Below are positions 45,722 to 52,967 of a DNA stretch of 52,967 bases, in pieces. This DNA is from Chthoniobacterales bacterium (lineage in GTDB: Bacteria > Verrucomicrobiota > Verrucomicrobiia > Chthoniobacterales > JACTMZ01), in the NCBI GenBank assembly GCA_040880825.1, contig JBBEEK010000187.1, positions 1 to 52,967 of the forward strand, given 5' to 3'. The notes beneath the pieces are model-generated. The model did no database searches and had not been told where the DNA came from. It saw only the letters and a list, made by a program, of their open reading frames with translations. Both the position numbers and the translations under genes were made by a program. Positions within the stretch are counted from its first letter, which is position 1. The number at the start of each line of letters is the position of its first letter.

Positions 45722-46534
45722 TCACCCCGCGGCGAAGAACGGGTTGCCGGTCTTTTCCATTCCGACCGTGGTCAGGGGTCCGTGCCCGGGGAAAATGATG
45801 GTGCTGTCGGGCAAGCTGAGGATTTCCCGCCGGATGTTTTCCAGCGTTGTGGCGTAGCCGTTGTGCACGCCGCCGATGGAGCCGGCGAAAAGCGCATCGC
45901 CGACGATGGCGGCCTGCACGACGGGTCCTTCGATAAGAAAGGTTGTGCCGCCCGGACTGTGGCCGGGGGTGAGGCGGGTGCGGATAAAGTGGTGTCCGGC
46001 ACTGAAGAGATCGCCGGGCCGGAAAGTTTTCGTGCCCCGCACGGGTTCGAGTTCCGACGACCAGGCCTCGACGCCGAGTTCTTGCTGGAGAGTGGCCAGC
46101 GCGTGGATGTGGTCGGCATGACTGTGGGTCAGGAAGATGTCCACGACGTTGAGTTGCCGCGAGGCCACGGCCTCGAGGAGCGGTGCGGCGTCCGCACCGG
46201 TGTCGAAAATGGCGGCCCGGCGGCTGGTGCGGTCCCACAGGATGTAGGCATTGACGGTCATGCTGCCGAAAACCGTGGTGGCAACGACGACCGAGGCCGG
46301 GCAGGGGACTTCCGGCCGGTGGGCGCCGCGCGCGAGGCCCACGAGAGCGCCGGGCGAGAGGCCCAGGGCGGCGGCGAGGGAGCGGGCCGCGGGCTCTTCG
46401 AAATGGCCGGCCAGAAGCGACGCAACCTGTGCGGTCTCGAGGCCGGCTTTCCCGGCGGCGGCCGACTCGGAGAGCTTTTGTCCGCGCAGGGCTTTGCCCA
46501 GCACATCCTCGAAGTTGTCTTCGAGCGGGATCAT
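45722..46534 (-). CDS. MBL-fold metallo-hydrolase with an N-terminal XRE-like HTH segment
   Basis: THSHADH (HxHxDH), later His and Asp ligands (TPGHSPGG, GDALF, PGHGP). The first ~70 aa are HTH-like (LGKALRGQKLSESAAAGKAGLETAQVASLLAGH). The ATG overlaps the ABC gene stop as ATGA. Confidence 0.7.
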   Translation of the reverse strand: MIPLEDNFEDVLGKALRGQKLSESAAAGKAGLETAQVASLLAGHFEEPAARSLAAALGLSPGALVGLARGAHRPEVPCPASVVVATTVFGSMTVNAYILWDRTSRRAAIFDTGADAAPLLEAVASRQLNVVDIFLTHSHADHIHALATLQQELGVEAWSSELEPVRGTKTFRPGDLFSAGHHFIRTRLTPGHSPGGTTFLIEGPVVQAAIVGDALFAGSIGGVHNGYATTLENIRREILSLPDSTIIFPGHGPLTTVGMEKTGNPFFAAG

Positions 46535-49500
46535 GCCAGCCGCGTTTTCAGTTGGTGGCGCAGAATGAAGTAAAGTGCGAGGAAGATGAGCAAGGAAGAC
46601 AGCGAGAGGACCCAAGCGTTGAAAGTCAGGACGCTCGACTGGAGGCCGAAGTAGCGTTTCTCCGGGCCGAAGAAGACGTTGAGAAACCGGCTCTCGCGGT
46701 AGTCGCTTTGTTCCATTTCGGCTTTGTTGACGAGATCCGTCGTCTTCTGGTTGACGAAGAGTCGTTCGGCGGAGGCGGGGCCGGCGGACATCTCGAGCAT
46801 TTGCCCCGGAAGGGGATCGCCTTGGATGACGCTGTCGATCCGGCGCAGGCGTTTATCCAGCGTCCGGACATCCTTGGCTTGCAGGCCGGAGAGGATGGCC
46901 AGCGCTTCTTTGAGGTCCTCGAGCCGCTCGGCCCCGGCCTCGTCCAACTCTCCGCGGCGCGCCAGCTGGTTGATCTGCTGCTGGATTTGCTCCTGCCGCC
47001 CGGTCAGCGGGTTGTATTTGGCCTGCGCGAAGACCAGCGCCTCGTAAGACCAGCGCATCGGCATGAATTCGCAAATGAGCGGCACCTGCAGGTCGCTGCG
47101 GGGCTGGCCGGCGTCGGGGTGCTCGGAGAACCAGCGGCTGACGGAATAGACGACGTCGAGGTTCTTGTTCATCTCCTCGTATTTGATCAGTGCGCCGCCG
47201 AGGATGATCTGGGGGATGAGCACGACGGGGATGATGTTGACTGCCGTTTTGCCCTCGGCGACGAGGCTGGAAATAAGCAGACCGATGGCGATGCCGCTGA
47301 CCGCCGTGAGCACCATGGCGAGCAGGAAAATCCAGAACATGCCGCGCACTTCGAGGATCCAGTTGCCGATCAGGATGAAGAGAACGCACTGGATGACGGC
47401 AAAGAGCGAAAGGGTCAGGACCTTGGCGAGGATATACCAGCCGAGGCGCACGTTGAGGTTGCGCTCGCGCTGCAGCACAGGCCGGTCGCGGATGATGTCA
47501 TCCACGCTGTTGGTCAGCCCGAGGAACATGGCCACGACGAGCGAGAGAAACAGGTAGGTCGGGATATGGAAGGAAGAGGCGAAGTCGTAGGTGCCTTCCT
47601 CCGAGTAACGCAGCACGGCCCCGATGAGTGCGGCGAGGGCGGGGGCGGCGATCATGGTGGTGGCGAGGTTGCCGCGGTTGCGCAGTTTGCTGATGAAGGC
47701 GCGCGCCAGCAGGGTGCGGAACTGGAGGAATTCCTCGCGGAGAAACGCGCTCCACGAGCGCCGCGGTTCGGTCAGGTTGCCCTCGGGCGCGGGCGGCGGG
47801 GGCTCCGCGCCGGGTTGCCGGACATCGCGCATGAGCCGCCACGCCTCGTATTTGTCCCGCCAGAAGTCGGGGGAGTAACGGCGCACGGGGACGAGTTGTG
47901 CGCGGTCGTTCTCTTCGTAGATGACGTCGCCACTGAGGTCGCGCAGGGGTGTTTCGAGGACGTCGAAGACGAACTCGGGCCGGGTCGTGCCGCAAGCCGG
48001 GCAGCCGCCCAGCGGCGTGCCGAAATGTTGCTGGTGCTCGGCCTCGGCGAAGTAGGAGAGCATCTCGGGCGGCGGGCCGAAGAAAACCATGCGTCCGCCG
48101 CGGTCGACCAGCATGGCTTTGTTGAACATCTGGAAAATTTTCGAACTCGGCTGGTGGATGGTGACGATGACGATTTTGTTGTGCGCCATGGCCCGGATGA
48201 TTTCCATGACGTGCTCGGAATCTTTGGAGGAGAGGCCGGAGGTGGGTTCATCGAAGAGGTAGATGTCGGCCGAGCCGATCATATCGAGGCCGATATTGAG
48301 GCGTTTGCGTTCGCCACCGCTGAGCGTTTTCTGGTGCGGGCTGCCGACGACATTGTCGCGGCGCTCGTTGAGGCCGAGTTCGGCCAGTTTCCCGTCGATG
48401 CGGCGGCGTCGCTCGCGGCGCGAGAGGTAGGGCGAGCGGATGGCCGCGGCGAACTCGAGGTTCTCGCCGATGGTGAGGTGCTCGTCGAAGGCGTCGAACT
48501 GCGGGATGTAGGTGACGTATTGTTTGAGGGCGTCGAAATCCTCGTAAAGCGACATGCCGTTGAGCAAAACCTCGCCGCGCACCGGCGGAAACTGTCCGGC
48601 CATCGCGCGCAGCAGACTGCTCTTGCCGCAGCCGCTGGCGCCCATGACGCAGATCATTTCGCCGCGGGTGGCCGAGAAAGTGACGCCATCCACGCCGATC
48701 GTGCCATTTTTGAAGCGGCACACGAGGTCGCGTACGTCGAGGTGGTGGATGACGTTGCGTTCCTCCTCGAGCAGGCGTTCGGAAAAATTGCAGCGCAGCG
48801 CCTGGTTGGCGTCGATCTGGATCATGTCGCCGTCGCGCAGGTCGGCCTCGTTGCGCACGGGCGTCTCGCCGACCAGGAGCGGCTGCTCGCTTTTCAGCAC
48901 CTCGAGCCGGCCGACGAGGCGCTCGAAGTCGCAGAAGATGCGCAGCAGGATGTCGCCGCCGCCGGGAGCGAGCAGGATGTCGTCTTCGTCGAGGAGCGAG
49001 GGGTTGTTGGAGACGAGGTAGGTGGTCTTCGACTGCTTGAGGTGGAAGCGGCCGCCGTAGGAGCGGGCGTGGCGGCGCAGGTCGCTGAGGGACAGTTCGG
49101 TGTCGTTGTCGAAGATGATCTTGTCCTCGAGGTTGGCCTCGGCGTGGGCGCCGGCGCGGAGGCGCACTTCGTTGAGGGAGGCGGCGACGTCTTTGAGGGC
49201 GGTGACGAGGATCTTCAGTCCGAAGCGCACCTCGAGCGAGCTGTCGCGGGTGCGGGTCTTTTCCAGCTGGATTTCGTTGTCCTTGGTGACGGTGATGAAG
49301 ATGTGCGCCAGCGAGAGGTTTTTCTTGGCGTTGAAGTAGTAGACGAGGTCTTGGTGGGTCAGAACTTTTTCGTCCACCACCACGCGTTGTCCGGGATAGA
49401 CGCGCGAAAACTCGCCGGGCCGCAGCGCCCGGCCTTGCACGGAGACGGGGTGGTCACAGAGGTTTTTGACCATCAGCAGGTCGCCGTGGCGGTAGGCGGT

Positions 49501-50124
49501 GAGGCGGTTGGGGCCGGCCAGTTCGCGGAGTTGGACGTCGGCGTCGTCGCCGGATCCGAAAGAAATGACCTCGAGCGGTGAGGAGTCGGATTCGAAAAAT
49601 TCGCCGCGGGGCGTCGGGGCATCGCTATTGAGTTGGTAGACGATATCGATGGCCTGGGCTGCCGTGCCGAGGTGTTCCATGAACGAGTAGTAGGCCGCCA
49701 TGTTGTCGGTGTTCATGCCGGCGCGGTGCACGAGGTCGTAGAGCTGGATGCCGAGGAGGATCTTCCGGTCCTCGCTCAACTTGCCGCGCAACTCGCGGGC
49801 CGTGGCGGTGAGGTCGGTCTTTTCTTGCAGGGCCTGGCGGAAGAGTTGCCGCAGTTCGGAGTAGACTGCTTCCGGGTAGTCGTAGCGCAGGAAGCCGAGG
49901 CTTGAGTCGATTTCCTCCTCGAGCAACTCGCCGTCGACCTTGGCGAAGCCGGCCAGCACTTTGATCAGCAGCGGCAGCAGATTCGGACCTTCGGTCACGG
50001 TGCGGGGACGGCGCAAGGCGCGGCGGAGCAGCGATTCGCCGGCTCGTCGGGCGCGGTAAAAATTGCGCAGCGTGCCCTCCAAACGCCGGCCGAGACCGAC
50101 CGGAGGTGTTTCCGTTACTGGCAT
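46531..50124 (-). CDS. Fusion protein: TerB-like domain + FHA-like domains + ABCG-type ATPase + ABC-2 membrane domain
   Basis: 1197 aa. TerB-like FAKVDGELLEEEID. FHA-like beta segments (VISFGSGDDADVQL...LLMVKNL..PVSVQG, and LEVLKSEQPLLVG...LRDGDMIQI). Walker A GASGCGKSS, signature LSGGERKRL, Walker B IYLFDEPTSGL. About 6 or more C-terminal TM helices. Confidence 0.8.
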   Translation of the reverse strand: MPVTETPPVGLGRRLEGTLRNFYRARRAGESLLRRALRRPRTVTEGPNLLPLLIKVLAGFAKVDGELLEEEIDSSLGFLRYDYPEAVYSELRQLFRQALQEKTDLTATARELRGKLSEDRKILLGIQLYDLVHRAGMNTDNMAAYYSFMEHLGTAAQAIDIVYQLNSDAPTPRGEFFESDSSPLEVISFGSGDDADVQLRELAGPNRLTAYRHGDLLMVKNLCDHPVSVQGRALRPGEFSRVYPGQRVVVDEKVLTHQDLVYYFNAKKNLSLAHIFITVTKDNEIQLEKTRTRDSSLEVRFGLKILVTALKDVAASLNEVRLRAGAHAEANLEDKIIFDNDTELSLSDLRRHARSYGGRFHLKQSKTTYLVSNNPSLLDEDDILLAPGGGDILLRIFCDFERLVGRLEVLKSEQPLLVGETPVRNEADLRDGDMIQIDANQALRCNFSERLLEEERNVIHHLDVRDLVCRFKNGTIGVDGVTFSATRGEMICVMGASGCGKSSLLRAMAGQFPPVRGEVLLNGMSLYEDFDALKQYVTYIPQFDAFDEHLTIGENLEFAAAIRSPYLSRRERRRRIDGKLAELGLNERRDNVVGSPHQKTLSGGERKRLNIGLDMIGSADIYLFDEPTSGLSSKDSEHVMEIIRAMAHNKIVIVTIHQPSSKIFQMFNKAMLVDRGGRMVFFGPPPEMLSYFAEAEHQQHFGTPLGGCPACGTTRPEFVFDVLETPLRDLSGDVIYEENDRAQLVPVRRYSPDFWRDKYEAWRLMRDVRQPGAEPPPPAPEGNLTEPRRSWSAFLREEFLQFRTLLARAFISKLRNRGNLATTMIAAPALAALIGAVLRYSEEGTYDFASSFHIPTYLFLSLVVAMFLGLTNSVDDIIRDRPVLQRERNLNVRLGWYILAKVLTLSLFAVIQCVLFILIGNWILEVRGMFWIFLLAMVLTAVSGIAIGLLISSLVAEGKTAVNIIPVVLIPQIILGGALIKYEEMNKNLDVVYSVSRWFSEHPDAGQPRSDLQVPLICEFMPMRWSYEALVFAQAKYNPLTGRQEQIQQQINQLARRGELDEAGAERLEDLKEALAILSGLQAKDVRTLDKRLRRIDSVIQGDPLPGQMLEMSAGPASAERLFVNQKTTDLVNKAEMEQSDYRESRFLNVFFGPEKRYFGLQSSVLTFNAWVLSLSSLLIFLALYFILRHQLKTRLA

Positions 50125-50232
50125 GGAGGGAAATTAGCTTCGGGAGAGGCGGGCGCAAAGCCTTTGCACAAGACGCGAATTGCGCCGCGGCGGCTTCTGG
50201 GGCTTAATGTCCGGTTCACCTCGCACCGCTCC

Positions 50233-51327
50233 ATGCCCGCCCGCAAGACCAGCCGCCCTCTCGAAAACACGCGCGTCCGCCGCCTCCAACGCCTCGTCGC
50301 GCCGAAGATCATCAAAAAAACACTGCCGGTCGGGAAGGTTTCGCTCGCGACGGCGGCCCGCGGCCGCGCCGAGGCCCAGTCCATCTTGCATGGACGCGAC
50401 ACGCGGTTGCTGGCCATCGTCGGTCCGTGCTCGATCCACGATCCGGCCGGTGCACTCGATTACGCGCGGCGGCTGGCGGCGCTGCGGGAGGAGCTTTCCG
50501 ATGCGGTCTGCATTTTCATGCGCGTTTATTTCGAAAAGCCGCGCACCACGGTGGGTTGGAAGGGCCTGGTCAACGACCCCCGCATGAATGACTCCTGCGA
50601 TCTCGCTGCCGGCCTGCGCTTGGCGCGCAAGATTCTCCTCGAAATCACCTCGCTGGGCCTGCCGACCGCCACCGAATTTCTCGATCCGATCGTGCCGCAA
50701 TATCTCGCCGATGTGGTGAGCTGGGCGGCCATCGGGGCGCGCACCACCGAGTCCCAAACACACCGTGAAATGGCCAGCGGCTTGTCCATGCCGGTCGGGT
50801 TCAAGAACAGCACGGACGGCAGTATCCAGACGGCGCTCGACGCTTTGCTTTCGGCACGTTCGTCGCACAGTTTTCTCGGGATCGATCAGGACGGGTGCAC
50901 GGCGGTGGTGACCACCGCGGGCAATACGGACACGCACATTGTGCTGCGTGGCGGGCGCGAGGGCGGCAATTACAATGCGCGGCACACGGCGGAAACGGAG
51001 CGCCGGTTGCGCGCGGCGGGGTTGCAACCGGGTTTGATGGTTGATTGCAGCCACGCGAACTCGGCGAAGAATCCGCACCGGCAGGCGGTGGTCTGGCGCA
51101 ATGTTCTGGACCAGCGGAGGCGCGGACGCACCTCGGTGATCGGGGCGATGCTCGAAAGCAATCTCGAGGAAGGCAGCCAGCCGGTGTGCGCCGACCGCAA
51201 AAAGTTGCGCTACGGGGTTTCGGTGACCGACGCCTGCATTGGCTGGGAGGCGACGGAAAAATTGCTGCGGGCGGCGGCGGCGAGCGAGAGGAAGATCCGC
51301 GGCACGTTGCGCGTGGCGGTGCGATGA
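50233..51327 (+). CDS. aroG: 3-deoxy-7-phosphoheptulonate (DAHP) synthase, class I
   Basis: IVGPCSIHD, RVYFEKPRTTVGWKG, IGARTTESQ.HRE and GFKN. Start at ATG 50233. Confidence 0.9.
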   Translation: MPARKTSRPLENTRVRRLQRLVAPKIIKKTLPVGKVSLATAARGRAEAQSILHGRDTRLLAIVGPCSIHDPAGALDYARRLAALREELSDAVCIFMRVYFEKPRTTVGWKGLVNDPRMNDSCDLAAGLRLARKILLEITSLGLPTATEFLDPIVPQYLADVVSWAAIGARTTESQTHREMASGLSMPVGFKNSTDGSIQTALDALLSARSSHSFLGIDQDGCTAVVTTAGNTDTHIVLRGGREGGNYNARHTAETERRLRAAGLQPGLMVDCSHANSAKNPHRQAVVWRNVLDQRRRGRTSVIGAMLESNLEEGSQPVCADRKKLRYGVSVTDACIGWEATEKLLRAAAASERKIRGTLRVAVR

Positions 51328-51980
51328 GCTTGCTCGACACGCCGGTGCGCGCGGCGGCTTGGGTGGCGCTGGATTTCGAGAGTGCGGGCGCGGCGCCGGG
51401 TCGGACCGATGAACCGGTGCAGGTTGGTCTGGCCGTGTGGCGGGGCGGCGAGGTTGGTGATTTTTTTCGCAGCTACATCCATGCCCCGGTGCGCGTGACG
51501 CGGGCGGCGCGGGCGGTGCACGGCATCGGCGATGAGGAATTAACGGAAGCTCCGCCCATGATGGCGTTGTGGCCGGAATTCAAGGCGCGTTTGTCCGGCG
51601 CGGTGGTGGTGGCGCATGGCGCGGGCACGGAGAAGCGTTTTATGCGTGCGTTCCCGCTGCATGGGTTTGGTCCGTGGGTCGATACGCTCTCTTTGGCTCG
51701 GGCCGTTTTGCCCGATCTGCCGGATCATGCCCTCGGCACGGTGGCGGCGGCCTGTGGGGTGGAACCGGAGGTGCGGCGGCTGTGTCCGGGGCTCGATTGG
51801 CATGACGCCTTGTTCGATGCGGTGGCTTCGCTGGTTGTGCTGCGGCACGTGGTCGCGGTGCTCGAGTTGGGCGAGGTGCCGGTCGGCCAGTTGCAAAGCC
51901 TCGATGCGGCAGCCTACCGTCAGCGCCGCGGCGTGTTGCGTGTGGCGCGGCAGGCGGGGTGGGCGGGAACGACGGGCTGA
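51324..51980 (+). CDS. DEDDh-type 3'-5' exonuclease (DnaQ-like) domain protein
   Basis: ExoI-like ALDFESAG and ExoIII-like WHDALFDAVA. The ExoII region is divergent (VVAHGAGTEKRF). The ATG overlaps the aroG stop as ATGA. Confidence 0.6.
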   Translation: MSLLDTPVRAAAWVALDFESAGAAPGRTDEPVQVGLAVWRGGEVGDFFRSYIHAPVRVTRAARAVHGIGDEELTEAPPMMALWPEFKARLSGAVVVAHGAGTEKRFMRAFPLHGFGPWVDTLSLARAVLPDLPDHALGTVAAACGVEPEVRRLCPGLDWHDALFDAVASLVVLRHVVAVLELGEVPVGQLQSLDAAAYRQRRGVLRVARQAGWAGTTG

Positions 51981-51993
51981 CGAATTTTGTGTT

Positions 51994-52023
51994 TTGCCAC
52001 GGAGGTAAACTCCGCGCTATACA
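51994..52023 (+). promoter_or_regulatory. Candidate sigma70-type promoter for the 52044 gene
   Basis: TTGCCA-N18-TATACA, about 20 nt upstream of the ATG at 52044, in the only AT-richer gap of this region. Confidence 0.35.
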
Positions 52024-52043
52024 AGACGTTCCGCTGACCCCTC

Positions 52044-52820
52044 ATGCAGAATTATCTTTATCTTTCGCTCATCCCCGAGGCCCTGATCATCTCCCAGCTA
52101 CCGCCGGAAAAGTTCGGCTCCTACATCGCCACGGGCTCGAAGCGGCAGATCGAGGGTCCGGCGGTATTCTTTGAAGTGGATCCCTCGGCGGATCTTTCGG
52201 CTTTCCGCATGGACGAGGCCCGGGCCCGTTGCAAGCCGCACGCAGACGGTTCGCCGCGACGCTCGATCTATATCTCGGTGTGGAATGTTCTCCCGCAAGT
52301 GCCGCTGGAGGCGCTGCGCCGCGCGTATCTGACCACGCCAGCCGGGTTGTCGCTCGCGCTGGATCCGGCGGACTGGCAAGCTGCACCAGGCGACAATTTT
52401 TTCCTCTATCAGGAACTCGGCCCCGTCTACCCGCGCGTGGCCACTCGCCTCGAGCCCCGTGCGTTTTGCCAACTTGTGGCCAACCCGGAGAAGATGGTCT
52501 CCGTCCCGCGCATTGCTTTCATCGACCTCAAACTCGGTGTGCTGGCCCGCGACGCGGACGCTTTGCTCGACGGCAATGTTCCTTACCAGCACATCGATCA
52601 CCTGCGCGAGTGTCTGCGGGCCCTGCAGGAGAACCCGGAGCGCATGACCAAGATCGTCAATCGCGGCCTGCGCCCCGACATTCTCTTTTCCTTCATCCGC
52701 AGCGGTGTCTTCGTCGGTGACGCGACCGGGTTGCGGTTCTTTCCCATGCCTTCCGAGGACCGGCTGGAAAGCGAGCACAACCTCTGGTGGCACTCCGCGC
52801 AGGCCTTGCGCGGCTACTAG
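52044..52820 (+). CDS. Protein of unknown function (258 aa), upstream of the pyrophosphatase gene
   Basis: Clean ATG-initiated ORF with coding-type third-position bias. No signal peptide or TM segment. I recognise no motif. Confidence 0.55.
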   Translation: MQNYLYLSLIPEALIISQLPPEKFGSYIATGSKRQIEGPAVFFEVDPSADLSAFRMDEARARCKPHADGSPRRSIYISVWNVLPQVPLEALRRAYLTTPAGLSLALDPADWQAAPGDNFFLYQELGPVYPRVATRLEPRAFCQLVANPEKMVSVPRIAFIDLKLGVLARDADALLDGNVPYQHIDHLRECLRALQENPERMTKIVNRGLRPDILFSFIRSGVFVGDATGLRFFPMPSEDRLESEHNLWWHSAQALRGY

Positions 52821-52846
52821 GCATCTATTTTCTCTCACCCACCATC

Positions 52847-52967
52847 ATGGACACATTGCAACTCATTATCCCGCTCCTGGGCGTCACCGGTTTGGTTGTC
52901 GCTCTCATTATCTACCGCAATCTCGCGGCGCTGCCCGGCGGAGAAGGCCGGGTCGCGGAAATCGCCG
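52847..52967 (+). CDS. hppA: Membrane-bound H+/Na+-translocating pyrophosphatase, 5' fragment (runs off the window)
   Basis: MDTLQLIIPLLGVTGLVVALIIYRNLAALPGGEGRVAEIA. The pattern (first TM helix, then G-x-x-x-[MV]-x-EIA) is typical of M-PPase N-termini. Only 40 codons are visible. Confidence 0.5.
   Translation, partial: MDTLQLIIPLLGVTGLVVALIIYRNLAALPGGEGRVAEIA

Noticed and set aside
46429-49581. 1050-aa plus-strand ORF
   Set aside because: It is antisense to the ABC fusion gene, whose Walker A, signature and Walker B motifs are in the correct order on the minus strand. The product is Gly/Ala/Asp/Glu/Val-rich, typical of the reverse frame of GC3-rich genes.
1-52967. Screen for CRISPR arrays, tRNA/rRNA genes, IS elements, integrases, prophage genes, toxin-antitoxin pairs, reverse transcriptases and known defence-system hallmarks
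   Set aside because: By eye I saw no direct-repeat/spacer periodicity, no tRNA-like T-arm (GGTTCGAATCC-type) sequences, no transposase or integrase motifs and no terminal inverted repeats. The window looks like core chromosome. A systematic repeat or covariance-model scan was not possible.

Overview
High-GC, densely packed chromosomal window from a diderm bacterium. The gene content is reminiscent of Verrucomicrobiota/PVC, but that is unverified inference. I support about 47 protein-coding genes. I found no rRNA, tRNA, CRISPR array, transposase, integrase or prophage signal.

Gene order, left to right:
- A roughly 7.2 kb minus-strand envelope supercluster (asmA-like, rsmD, waaA, kdsA, lptC-like, lptA, lptB) that runs directly into hprK and ptsH.
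- A rhomboid protease and rluD.
- A tightly coupled plus-strand run: zinc-ribbon Ser/Thr kinase, ClpX paralog lacking the zinc-binding domain, 4-TM protein with a divergent cyclase-like domain, recR, and a beta-lactamase-fold hydrolase.
- An APC permease, mdh and HU.
- A roughly 1160-aa ORF that I read as PPi-type PEP carboxykinase.
- A TPR/ExbB/ExbD/ExbD cluster with no recognisable TonB.
- ppiD-like, then metG coupled to an lpxL-like acyltransferase.
- gnd and a class I aldolase.
- An NCS1 permease, an AGXT2-like aminotransferase and an orphan XdhC.
- dnaE and a DUF2723/TPR glycosyltransferase-like protein.
- A 1197-aa TerB + FHA-like + ABCG fusion, coupled to an HTH-MBL hydrolase.
- aroG coupled to a DEDDh exonuclease.
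- An unknown 258-aa protein, then the 5' end of a membrane pyrophosphatase.

The most unusual item is not in the ORF track. It is a 49-codon gene for a signal-peptide-bearing six-cysteine micropeptide, and its stop overlaps the start of a 74-aa helical protein.

Many long ORFs in the track are antisense or alternative-frame artefacts of the high GC content, and I rejected them. All functional calls rest on motifs read by eye. No database search was run.
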